Origin: an uncultured Sphingomonadaceae bacterium
GTDB lineage: Bacteria > Pseudomonadota > Alphaproteobacteria > Sphingomonadales > Sphingomonadaceae
Reading direction: 5' to 3'
Assembly (NCBI GenBank): GCA_964422665.1
Contig: CAYRCH010000001.1
Span: 26,855 to 52,553 of the forward strand
DNA length: 25,699 nt
In this document: one piece after another, positions 1 to 8,153 of the stretch
Layout of the letters: every line of letters starts with the position of its first letter
Position numbering within the stretch: position 1 is the stretch's first letter
Notes under the pieces: model-generated
The model's input: only the letters and a program-made list of their open reading frames with translations
Database searches by the model: none
Told to the model about the DNA's origin: nothing
Made by a program: the position numbers and the translations under genes

Positions 1-1155
1 TACGACATGTTTTCCGAGCCGGTGCGCCGCGAAGCGATGGTCGAGGCGGAGCGAAATGCCCGGCCTACCGCCACCGGCAAGGTGGTTCTGGCCCAGGAAG
101 ACTCGGCGTCCGAATCCGGATTCCTCGTTTACATGCCGGTGTTTGGAGCGGGCACACAGGCGCGCGAGCTGAAGGGATTCATTTACAGCCCGATCAATGC
201 GCGCCAGTTCCTCGAAGCGTCGCTCGACACCGAGGCTGATGCGCCGCGCAATTTCGGAATGCGGTTGTATGATCGTTCGGCCTCTCCCGAAAACCTGCTG
301 GCCAGCGCGGGACCCCAGGAAGCGTCGGGCGAGGAGGCTCGGCTTACGATCAACATCGCCAACCGGCCCTGGGTTCTCGAAGTGCAGGCCTATCGTACCA
401 ATATCCTTTCGCAGCTCTCGCTTGTGACACTCGTATTCGGTCTTCTCGTCGCGAGCCTGCTGATGCTGCTGACTCGCATATTGACCAAGCAGGCGCTTGA
501 GGATGCGAGAACGCTCGCCTGGCTGGAGGAACAGGGCTCGATCCGCAATTCGCTGACCCGTGAGCTCAATCACAGGGTCAAGAACACCCTCGCCAATGTC
601 CTCTCCATCATCGCGCTCACCCGGCGGCGAGCGGAGAATGTAGATGAATTCGCGACAGGGCTCGACGGCCGGATTCGCGCTCTCTCGGCCACCCATGATT
701 TGCTGACGCGTTCGGACTGGGGCCTCACGCCGCTCCGCGATGTGATCGAGGCGGAACTGGCCCCTTATGTGCGATCGCAGGACCATACGGTGGAAGTGCA
801 GGGGCCCGATATTCGTCTTGCGCCCAGCGATGCCCTTTCCCTGGGACTGGCGATCCACGAACTTGCGACCAATGCAGCGAAGTTCGGCGCCCTCAGTCAG
901 CCCGGGGGCAGGCTCGACATTTCCTGGACACCGATCGCGGACAGTCTCGCGCGTGTGCAGTGGGTCGAATCGAACGGTCCGCCGGTGCCGCAGGAACGCA
1001 AGACCGGATTCGGAACGGATCTTCTCGAACGCATCGTCGCGCACGAACTGAAGAACCCGATCGATCTCGAATTCGCGCCGTCGGGCGTCCGCTGCACGAT
1101 GGTTATCCCGCTCCGCGAGCCTGCGGAATTCCGTATCCGTGACAAACGCAGGTGA
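1..1155 (+). CDS. CHASE-domain HWE-family sensor histidine kinase, 5' truncated by the window edge; likely GSR kinase
   Basis: The frame is open from base 1 (YDMFSEPVRREAM..., CHASE-like). A TM helix (LSLVTLVFGLLVASLLMLL) is followed by the HWE motifs ELNHRVKNTLA, HELATNAAKFGAL and WVESNGP. Convergent with phyR. Confidence 0.9.
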   Translation, partial: YDMFSEPVRREAMVEAERNARPTATGKVVLAQEDSASESGFLVYMPVFGAGTQARELKGFIYSPINARQFLEASLDTEADAPRNFGMRLYDRSASPENLLASAGPQEASGEEARLTINIANRPWVLEVQAYRTNILSQLSLVTLVFGLLVASLLMLLTRILTKQALEDARTLAWLEEQGSIRNSLTRELNHRVKNTLANVLSIIALTRRRAENVDEFATGLDGRIRALSATHDLLTRSDWGLTPLRDVIEAELAPYVRSQDHTVEVQGPDIRLAPSDALSLGLAIHELATNAAKFGALSQPGGRLDISWTPIADSLARVQWVESNGPPVPQERKTGFGTDLLERIVAHELKNPIDLEFAPSGVRCTMVIPLREPAEFRIRDKRR

Positions 1156-1187
1156 GCGGCGAAAGGCCGCCCCGATCGCTTAGGGAA

Positions 1188-1979
1188 TCAGTCTACTGGG
1201 CGGCCTGAACCGAAGAAAAGCGCCTGGCTGATCGCCGCGCGAACGGTTGCCTCGGCAAACGGCTTGGTCACCAAATAGGTCGGTTCCGGCCGGTCTCCGG
1301 TCAGAAGGCGCTCCGGATAGGCAGTGATGAAGATCACCGGTACGCTGTCGATCGCAAGGATGTCGTCCACCGCGTCCAGTCCCGACGATCCGTCGGCAAG
1401 CTGGATATCGGCGAGCACGAGGCCCGGCGTCTTCTCCGCCACGACCTGCTGGGCCTGGGTGCGGGTGGCGGCCGTGCCGCAGATATCGTGTCCCAGCGAA
1501 CGTACCAGGTCTTCGAGCTGCATCGAAATGAGCGGCTCATCTTCGATGATCAACACGCTGGTCGTGCTCTCGCGGTCGATTTCGGCGATCGCCTCGCGCA
1601 CCAGCGCGGCAACGCCCGCCTCGTCGGTATCCATGATTTCCGCGGCTTCGGCCTCGGTAAAATCCTCGACCGTGGTCAACAGCAATGCCTGCCGGTTGAG
1701 CGGAGTGATCTTCCTGAGCTGGTCTTGTGCGCCAGCTTCGTGTTCGCCGGTGGGCTGCTCTGCAGCCACTTCCAAATAGGCGCTCGACCACACTTTGTTG
1801 AACGCAGCGTATAGCGGCACGCGCCCGCCTTCGAGGCTGGCGCGAAGCGTTTCATCGGCGATCGCTGCTTCCAGCGTAGCCTGGACAAATGCATCACCTG
1901 TTGATTGTGAACCCGTCAGAGCTCTTGCATAACGCCTGAGATATGGAAGTTGTGCGGCAACCTGTGCACCAATTGGCAT
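1188..1979 (-). CDS. phyR: PhyR anti-anti-sigma factor / response regulator
   Basis: N-terminal sigma-like domain (LPYLRRYARALTGSQSTGD...LLLTTVEDF) and C-terminal receiver (IIEDEPLI, LADIQLADGSSG, FITAYPERLLTG, KPF). Start placed at ATG 1979 (MPIGAQ), downstream of an EcfG-type promoter; the track's TTG start at 2054 lies upstream of that promoter. Confidence 0.95.
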   Translation of the reverse strand: MPIGAQVAAQLPYLRRYARALTGSQSTGDAFVQATLEAAIADETLRASLEGGRVPLYAAFNKVWSSAYLEVAAEQPTGEHEAGAQDQLRKITPLNRQALLLTTVEDFTEAEAAEIMDTDEAGVAALVREAIAEIDRESTTSVLIIEDEPLISMQLEDLVRSLGHDICGTAATRTQAQQVVAEKTPGLVLADIQLADGSSGLDAVDDILAIDSVPVIFITAYPERLLTGDRPEPTYLVTKPFAEATVRAAISQALFFGSGRPVD

Positions 1980-2011
1980 AAGACCCTTTTCCCCTTCGGA
2001 TATTGGGGCTG

Positions 2012-2036
2012 AACGAATAGCGCTCCTCATGGTTCC
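2012..2036 (-). promoter_or_regulatory. sigma-EcfG (SigT)-type promoter for phyR
   Basis: The minus strand reads GGAAC-N16-CGTT (plus strand AACG 2012-2015, GTTCC 2032-2036), an exact match to the alphaproteobacterial EcfG consensus, 33 nt upstream of the phyR ATG. Confidence 0.85.
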
Positions 2037-2146
2037 GCCGGCCGCGGAAAGCAAGCAGGAGGATGCGGCGGTTCCGACTTTTACGGCACTTCGATGTCAG
2101 GACACGGCGTGATTTTTTGCGGAACTGAAAAAAATTGCACCGACCG

Positions 2147-2171
2147 GGAACCGGCGCTTTGCCCGGGCATT
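2147..2171 (+). promoter_or_regulatory. sigma-EcfG-type promoter for the candidate sRNA
   Basis: GGAAC (2147-2151)-N16-CATT (2168-2171), one mismatch to CGTT. It lies immediately upstream of a two-hairpin element ending in a terminator. Confidence 0.65.
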
Positions 2172-2176
2172 TAGTG

Positions 2177-2266
2177 ATTGTCACCGCCGAGACCCCCCCT
2201 CCCGTCCAAGCGGCCGGTGATACGATCCCGAAAGGCCTCCGCCCCGTCCAGGGTGGAGGCCTTTTA
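2177..2266 (+). ncRNA. Candidate EcfG-dependent small RNA with two hairpins and C-rich loops (GsrN-like concept)
   Basis: Hairpin 1: TCACCG 2181-2186 pairs with CGGTGA 2215-2220, with a C-rich loop. Hairpin 2: AAAGGCCTCC 2231-2240 pairs with GGAGGCCTTT 2255-2264, then a T-run. CCCGTCCA occurs in both loops. No credible ORF. The 5' end is estimated from promoter spacing. Confidence 0.6.
2231..2265 (+). terminator. Rho-independent terminator, possibly bidirectional
   Basis: Perfect 10-bp inverted repeat, extendable by GCCC/GGGT, ending in TTTT; AAA on the 5' side. It also lies downstream of the minus-strand receiver gene. Confidence 0.75.
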
Positions 2267-2322
2267 CGTATGGCCATCCTCTTCGGAAACGGACCGGCGG
2301 AAATTGACAGGCTGGCTTCTGT

Positions 2323-2754
2323 TTAGCTGAGCGCGTCGCGAAGTCGAGCGATCAGACCGGCGCCCTTGCGGGAGCGGATCGCGTCCACCAGCTTGGCCGG
2401 ATCGTAAGGCTTCTCGAAAATCGGTCCAAGCGCGGCGATGTCTTCAGGTATGTCGTCGGGCGCGCCGGTCGAAAACACGATCTGCACATTGCGCAGGCCG
2501 AGCTGCGGAATCAGTTCGGCAAGCGCCCAGCCATCGTCGGCATCGGACAGGTGGACGTCGAGGACGACCGTATCGGGCTTTTCGTTTTCCAGCGCGGCCA
2601 TTGTACGGGCGACAGTCGCGCACCAGCTCACGCGTTCGGCCCCCGCATCCTTCAGCGCGTCTTCCAGCGCCATTGCGAGCAACGCGTCATCTTCTACCAG
2701 CAATACATGCCCGATTCGGCCTGCCGCGCTGGCTCGTTTCCCTGTTTCGGCCAT
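2323..2754 (-). CDS. Single-domain response regulator (receiver), FATGUY-like, GSR-associated
   Basis: Receiver motifs LLVEDD, VVLDVHL (phospho-Asp), VFSTGAP (variant of FATGY) and EKPY; no output domain. Confidence 0.85.
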   Translation of the reverse strand: MAETGKRASAAGRIGHVLLVEDDALLAMALEDALKDAGAERVSWCATVARTMAALENEKPDTVVLDVHLSDADDGWALAELIPQLGLRNVQIVFSTGAPDDIPEDIAALGPIFEKPYDPAKLVDAIRSRKGAGLIARLRDALS

Positions 2755-2830
2755 GAAATATATTCCGAATAGTCCTGTCGTCGCGCAGTTTGGCCGAATT
2801 TGGCAGCGTGCATAATCCTGCTGCGACCCT

Positions 2831-2856
2831 AACGCAGATCAATTGGCGCAGGTTCC
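2831..2856 (-). promoter_or_regulatory. sigma-EcfG-type promoter for the single-domain receiver gene
   Basis: The minus strand reads GGAAC-N17-CGTT (plus strand AACG 2831-2834, GTTCC 2852-2856), 77 nt upstream of ATG 2754. Confidence 0.75.
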
Positions 2857-2858
2857 CG

Positions 2859-4046
2859 CTATTGCGCCGGTTCGGGCCTGTCCTGCGCCAGGATCGATTT
2901 ATGGTAGATAACGTATTCCTTGTTAATCGAGCTTTCGATCGCGTCGGCAATGGCCACCATTCCGCGATTGTCATCGAGGATCCAGCCGATCTCGCCACGC
3001 GTGGCGCCGAAATGCTCCACTGCATTCAGGCGGATCCGTTCGATCATCATGAAGGCGAGCTGGCTTGCCATGCGTGAGCTCTGAAGCCGCTGGACAACAC
3101 CCATCAATGGCACGCGCATGGTGGTCACACGCGGGCGCCACAGCCACCATAACAGTCGCGCCCAGCCGAAGGGGAACAACCGCCCCCGTATGGCCGCGAT
3201 CGGCTCGTTCAGGTTCGGCAGCGTCATCATGAAGGCCACAGGCTCACCATCGAGTTCGGCAATCATGTTGAGCCGGTTATGGATCAGCGGTTTCAGCTTC
3301 TTGCCGGCATAGGCGATTTCGGAATCGGTCAGCGGCACGAATCCCCAATTGCCCGACCATGCGTCGTTGAAGATCGCCATGATCGTGGCCGCCTCCTCGG
3401 CGAACCGGCTCTTGTCCACAGGGCGGACATTGATCCGGCTGTTCTTCTCACCGGAAGCGATGATCCGCTGGATCAGGGGCGGAAAGCCTTGCGTCACGTC
3501 GAGCTCGTAGGTGTAGAGGTGCTTGGCCGCGGCATAGCCGGTGCTCTCGATCCATTCCTGGAATTGCGGCGGGTGGTGACCCATCATTACCGCGGGCGGA
3601 TGGTCGTGCCCGCGAACCAGCAGGCCGGGTTCCTCCCACACCGACAGGCTGATCGGCGCCAGAACCCTGGTCATGCCCCTGCCGCGCAGCCATTCCTCCG
3701 CCGCTGCGATCAGCGCCTGGGCGGTTTCCCGGTCCTCGGCTTCCAGCAGGCCCCAATTGCCCGTCCCCGGCCCCATGCCCTGCTCGGGCGGCATTTCCAG
3801 TGCCAGCCTGTCGAAATGGGCCGATATGCGCCCCACTGCCTTGCCGTCGCGGCGCGCGAGGAACAGCTGCATTTCGGCATGCTCGTGGAACGGGTTGCGC
3901 CCGGGTGTCAGCAGTTCGACGACTTCCGAGCGGAGCGGCGGCACCCAGTTTGGGTCGCTGTCGTTCAGTCGATAAGCGAGATCGATAAATGCATTGAAAT
4001 CCGCCTTGTCCGCCACCCGGGCGATGCTTATCTGGCTATGCGTCAC
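2859..4046 (-). CDS. GNAT-fold N-acyltransferase (YghO-like); putative bacterial ceramide synthase
   Basis: Family motifs DPNWVPPL, FLARRDGKAVGRISA, GWILDDN. GTG start at 4046 with GGAAGG RBS; the track extends the ORF to 4169. The ceramide synthase call rests on family plus lptFG neighbourhood and is inference. Confidence 0.75.
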   Translation of the reverse strand: MTHSQISIARVADKADFNAFIDLAYRLNDSDPNWVPPLRSEVVELLTPGRNPFHEHAEMQLFLARRDGKAVGRISAHFDRLALEMPPEQGMGPGTGNWGLLEAEDRETAQALIAAAEEWLRGRGMTRVLAPISLSVWEEPGLLVRGHDHPPAVMMGHHPPQFQEWIESTGYAAAKHLYTYELDVTQGFPPLIQRIIASGEKNSRINVRPVDKSRFAEEAATIMAIFNDAWSGNWGFVPLTDSEIAYAGKKLKPLIHNRLNMIAELDGEPVAFMMTLPNLNEPIAAIRGRLFPFGWARLLWWLWRPRVTTMRVPLMGVVQRLQSSRMASQLAFMMIERIRLNAVEHFGATRGEIGWILDDNRGMVAIADAIESSINKEYVIYHKSILAQDRPEPAQ

Positions 4047-4180
4047 AAATCCCGCCTTCCAAGAGACCGGTCCTCGCCCTGCCTGTGGCTCTCGCCGATT
4101 GTCAAGGCGGGCTGGGCACAGAGGCGGCCCGATGGTAAGGCGGGGCAAACCGGCCCGGGCAGGGCGCATGAGACAAGGCG

Positions 4181-5269
4181 ATGACTGCGCAGCAGACGAT
4201 CGATATCCCCGCGGCTACACCGGCCCGAACGGTCGGAAAGCTCGCGATCCCCGACGATAAGGCCATGCTGCGCGCCGCGGTCGATCTCACCCGCGACATT
4301 GCCGAGGCGAAGCCGGGGATCTACTGGCCGGACATGCTCCTTTCTGCGGGAGCGGGTTATGCCGCGCTGGCGGGCGCAATCCTGCTTGACAGCACGCTTC
4401 TGGCCGTAGCCTGCGGCGTGGTCGCGGTGCTCGCACTTTATCGCGCGCTGCTGTTCATCCATGAACTGACCCACATCCACCGCAATGCCCTGCCGGGCTT
4501 CCGGACCGCATGGAACCTGCTGGTCGGCATCCCGATGCTGACGCCCTCCTTCATGTATGAGGGCGTCCACACGCTGCATCACAAGCGCACGCAATATGGC
4601 ACGGCGGACGATCCGGAATATCTGCCGCTGGCGCTGATGAAGCCCTGGTCGCTTCCGGCCTTCATCCTGATTTCCCTGCTGGCCCCGCCTGCGCTTCTGA
4701 TCCGCTTTGCGATCCTCAACCCGCTCAGCCTGGCCATTCCGCCGCTGCGCAGGCTGGTATGGGAGAGGGCATCGTCGCTCTCCATCAATCCCGCCTTCCG
4801 CCGCCGCGCGCCGGAAGGCGAAATGAAGCGGCGCGTGATCTGGCAGGAAGCCGCCGGAACGGTATGGGCCCTGGCACTTCTGGCAAGCACCCAATTCGTC
4901 GGCTGGTACCCGCTGCTCGTCGCGCTGGCCGTGTTTTCCATCGTGGCAGTGCTCAATCAGCTGCGCACGCTCGTCGCCCATTTGTGGGAGAATGACGGTG
5001 AGCCGATGACTGTGACGGCGCAGTACCTCGATAGCGTCAATGTGCCGCCGCCGGGCCTGATGGCGGAGATCTGGGCGCCGGTCGGGCTGCGCTATCACGC
5101 GCTTCACCACCTGATGCCATCCATGCCGTATCATTCGCTGCCCGAGGCCCATCGCCGCCTGCGCAAGGCCCTGGAGGCGGGAACGACGTTCGACGGTGCC
5201 AATCATGCGGGTATGTGGGTGCTGGTCGTGCGGATCGCGCGCAGCACCATGGTGAAGCGCCGGGCCTGA
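4181..5269 (+). CDS. Membrane fatty acid desaturase/hydroxylase family protein
   Basis: Three His boxes (HELTH, HTLHH, HALHH) and several hydrophobic segments. Confidence 0.85.
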   Translation: MTAQQTIDIPAATPARTVGKLAIPDDKAMLRAAVDLTRDIAEAKPGIYWPDMLLSAGAGYAALAGAILLDSTLLAVACGVVAVLALYRALLFIHELTHIHRNALPGFRTAWNLLVGIPMLTPSFMYEGVHTLHHKRTQYGTADDPEYLPLALMKPWSLPAFILISLLAPPALLIRFAILNPLSLAIPPLRRLVWERASSLSINPAFRRRAPEGEMKRRVIWQEAAGTVWALALLASTQFVGWYPLLVALAVFSIVAVLNQLRTLVAHLWENDGEPMTVTAQYLDSVNVPPPGLMAEIWAPVGLRYHALHHLMPSMPYHSLPEAHRRLRKALEAGTTFDGANHAGMWVLVVRIARSTMVKRRA

Positions 5270-5303
5270 AAACGAAACGGTCCCGCGCCGGAGCGCAGGA
5301 CCG
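5270..5303 (-). terminator. Probable terminator between the convergent desaturase and lipoprotein genes
   Basis: CGGTCC 5278-5283 pairs with GGACCG 5298-5303, with an inner GCGC/GCGC stem. The minus strand continues TTTCGTTTT. Confidence 0.5.
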
Positions 5304-5343
5304 CGAGGGGGCGCTGCAATCGCGCCATTCGTCTTCCGACTGC

Positions 5344-5613
5344 TTACTCGGTTTCCACGGTCATCGACGGATTGTCGTCGACATCGGCCGTGACGCTGGT
5401 GTTGCCGTCGTTGATCCGGGCATCGATCCCGTCCTCGCCGATCGTGACTCTGTCGCCGGTTTCTTCTGCCGGCATTGCGTCCACCGGATCCATGGATTCC
5501 ATGGCGGTATCGGACATCATTTGATCCTCGGCATGGACCGGTTCGGATTGTTCGCAGGCGGCAAGAGCGAGAAGAGCAGTGCCTGAAAGAGCGGCGAGGG
5601 CAAGCTTGTTCAT
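5344..5613 (-). CDS. Small acidic lipoprotein of unknown function (89 aa)
   Basis: ATG 5613 with GGAG RBS; signal peptide MNKLALAALSGTALLALAA|C with lipobox LAAC; Asp/Glu-rich mature part. Confidence 0.8.
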   Translation of the reverse strand: MNKLALAALSGTALLALAACEQSEPVHAEDQMMSDTAMESMDPVDAMPAEETGDRVTIGEDGIDARINDGNTSVTADVDDNPSMTVETE

Positions 5614-5682
5614 TGCGATTCTCCGTTTCGGAAATGTTGGCAATGAAGACTCCTGCCTCGCGTCAAAGTTCCGAAATCGCGA

Positions 5683-6780
5683 CTATTCCTCGGTTCGGAC
5701 CAGCACGGTCTCGCCTAGCAGGAGGAACAGGAAGAACGGCCCCCAGGCGGCCAGGAACGGCGGATAGCCGCCGAAATTCCCCATCGCCAATGCGGCATTC
5801 TCGATCACGAAATAGGCGAAGCCGAGGCTCATACCGATGACCGCGCGGAGGAAGAGCTGGCCGGAACGCGCGAGGCCGAATGCCGCGACCGATCCCAGCA
5901 GAGGCATCAGCACGGCCGCCAGCGGGCCGGAAATCTTGTGCCACCACTTGGCCTTCAGCTCCGCGGTCCGCCTACCGGCAGCTTCGAGCGCGCTGATCGA
6001 ATCCGCCAGTTCGAGCAGCGTCTGTGAATCCCCATCGACTCCGCCGATATCGACCTGGTCCGGCGCGAGCCCGGTTGCCACCACGATATCCCCGCCTTCG
6101 CGCGTGGTGGCCGAACGCACTTCGAAGATCCGCGTATCTTCGAGCTTCCAGCCGGGTCCGGCGAAGGTTGCGCGCGGCGCCCGCAATTCCTCGACGATGG
6201 CCGCTTCCGGATTGCGGCGGTAATAGGTCACGCCGCTCATCTGCAGCGCATCACCGCGTCCGCTGAGCAACTGGGCGGTCAGTATGTCACCGTCGACTTC
6301 GAAATAGACGTTGGTCCGGACCGCGGGATCGTCGGGGATGGGGCCGAATTCCGCTGCCGACCAGGCGTTCAGCGTCGCATTGGCGCGGGTCACCACGGTT
6401 TCGTTGAAGGTAAAGCTGATCAGCGCGACGACGCCGGCGGTGAGGATCAGCGGCGCCAGCACCTGGTGCGCCGACATGCCCGCCGCTTTCATCGAGACGA
6501 CTTCGCTGTTCTGGTTGAGTGTTGCCAAGGTGATGATCGTCGCCAGCAATACCGAATAGGGCAAGAACCGCTGCACCAGCTGGGGCACGCGCAGCGAGAC
6601 ATAGGTCCACAGCTCGGCTTCCCCGTTGCCGGGATAGCGCAGGATCTTGCCGCTCTGTGAAAGCAGGTCGAGCATCTGCAGGATCAGCACCAGCATCACC
6701 AGCACCGCCAGGATCCTGACGATGAACATCTTGCCGAGATAAAGGGTGAGTGTCCGCGAAGGGAGGAAATCAAGCCGCAT
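5683..6780 (-). CDS. lptG: LptG (YjgP/YjgQ family) lipid export ABC permease
   Basis: LptF/G topology (3 TM, periplasmic domain, 3 TM) with LNQNSEVVSMKAAGMS and PPFLAAWGP motifs; overlaps the end of lptF by 11 nt. Confidence 0.9.
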   Translation of the reverse strand: MRLDFLPSRTLTLYLGKMFIVRILAVLVMLVLILQMLDLLSQSGKILRYPGNGEAELWTYVSLRVPQLVQRFLPYSVLLATIITLATLNQNSEVVSMKAAGMSAHQVLAPLILTAGVVALISFTFNETVVTRANATLNAWSAAEFGPIPDDPAVRTNVYFEVDGDILTAQLLSGRGDALQMSGVTYYRRNPEAAIVEELRAPRATFAGPGWKLEDTRIFEVRSATTREGGDIVVATGLAPDQVDIGGVDGDSQTLLELADSISALEAAGRRTAELKAKWWHKISGPLAAVLMPLLGSVAAFGLARSGQLFLRAVIGMSLGFAYFVIENAALAMGNFGGYPPFLAAWGPFFLFLLLGETVLVRTEE

Positions 6781-8011
6781 CGGCGGTGCTCACCTCCATG
6801 CGCCGCAGCTGTTCCGACCGTATCCGGCGGCGGGTCAGAGCGCGAAGCTTCTTCGAGAGCTTGGCGAAGAGAGATTCGAGGGCGCCGATCGCCTGGGCGC
6901 CGGGCACATGGGCGGTGCGGTAATACATCCAGCCGATGATCGCGGCGAAGATGAAGAACGGCCCCCACAATGCAAGGAACGGGTCAATCCGGCCGATGCT
7001 GGCGACGCCCTGCCCGTATTCGTTCACCTTGTGATAGGCGACCACCATCACGATCGAGACGAAAACGCCGAGCGAGGAGGTCGATCGCTTCGGCGGGATC
7101 GCGAGCGAGACCGCCAGCAGCGGCAGCATCACCATCATGATCACCTCGACCATCCGGAAGTTGAAGCGCGCCTGGCTGGTCAGCCGCTCCTCCTCGGTCG
7201 ATGTCTCGCTCCATCCGATCCGCAGCAGTTCGGGCAGGATATATTCCTTGCCTTCCTCCGCGCCGCGCTCGCGGAACCGGTCCACCGCCGGCAGGTCGAT
7301 CGGCAGGTCGTGCTGGCTGAAGGAGAGGACGCGGGGCGTGATCCCGGCCGTGTCCTGCACAATGGTTCCGTCGCGCAGCCGAAGGATGATGGTGTTGCGG
7401 TTTTCCCTGCTCGCCAGGAAACGTCCTTCGGCCGCGGAAATCGACAGCACCTGTCCCTGGTCATCGGAAACCCGCGCGAATATGCCGATCAGTTCGCGCC
7501 CGTCGTCGCGGCTTTCCTCGATCCGCAGCGCCATCCGGTCCTGCAGCGTGGTGAATTCGCCGACCTTGATCGAGGCGCCCAGTGCGCCCGACTGCAATTC
7601 ATATTGCAGCTGCTCGTAATAATAGTGGGACAGGGGCTGGAGATAGCCCACGATCGCGAAATTGATCGCCATCATCACGCCCGTGATCATGTAGGGCACG
7701 CGCAGCAGCCGCCCGTAGCCGAGCCCAACCGCCCGCAGCACGTCGAGCTCGCTTGAAACGGCAAGCTTGCGGAAAGCGAGGAGGATTCCCAGCATCACGC
7801 CGAGCGGTATGGCGAGGCTCGCATATTCGGGAAGCAGGTTGGCCAGCATCTGGAACACCACGCCGATCGGCCCGCCCTCGGTCGCCACGAAGTCGAACAG
7901 CTTGAGCATCTTGTCGAGCAGCAGCAGCGACGCGGCGATCACGAAGACCGCGATCATCGGCACCAGCGTCAGCCGGAAAATGTATCGATCGATGGCGGTA
8001 ATCTTGAACAC
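6770..8011 (-). CDS. lptF: LptF (YjgP/YjgQ family) lipid export ABC permease
   Basis: IDRYIFR start, LAVSSELDVLRAVGLG motif, C-terminal TM bundle; GTG start at 8011. Confidence 0.9.
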   Translation of the reverse strand: MFKITAIDRYIFRLTLVPMIAVFVIAASLLLLDKMLKLFDFVATEGGPIGVVFQMLANLLPEYASLAIPLGVMLGILLAFRKLAVSSELDVLRAVGLGYGRLLRVPYMITGVMMAINFAIVGYLQPLSHYYYEQLQYELQSGALGASIKVGEFTTLQDRMALRIEESRDDGRELIGIFARVSDDQGQVLSISAAEGRFLASRENRNTIILRLRDGTIVQDTAGITPRVLSFSQHDLPIDLPAVDRFRERGAEEGKEYILPELLRIGWSETSTEEERLTSQARFNFRMVEVIMMVMLPLLAVSLAIPPKRSTSSLGVFVSIVMVVAYHKVNEYGQGVASIGRIDPFLALWGPFFIFAAIIGWMYYRTAHVPGAQAIGALESLFAKLSKKLRALTRRRIRSEQLRRMEVSTADAA

Positions 8012-8153
8012 GGATGCGGATCGGCCTCGTCTTGCCGCGTCTCCATAACTGGCCCGCTGGCAGGGCGAAAGGGCGAATGCGCCCTGCGTCTCAGGGGAGT
8101 CAGGGCCGGCTCAGTGGAACTGGAGAGCCTATCGGGCCGATGGCCGGGGCGGT

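Noticed and set aside
2135-2326. 63-aa ORF divergent from phyR, in the position where nepR usually lies
   Set aside because: No NepR-like motif (L..LYD.V..EP.PD.F..LL). Its start lies upstream of the EcfG promoter and it runs through a terminator hairpin. The sRNA interpretation fits better.
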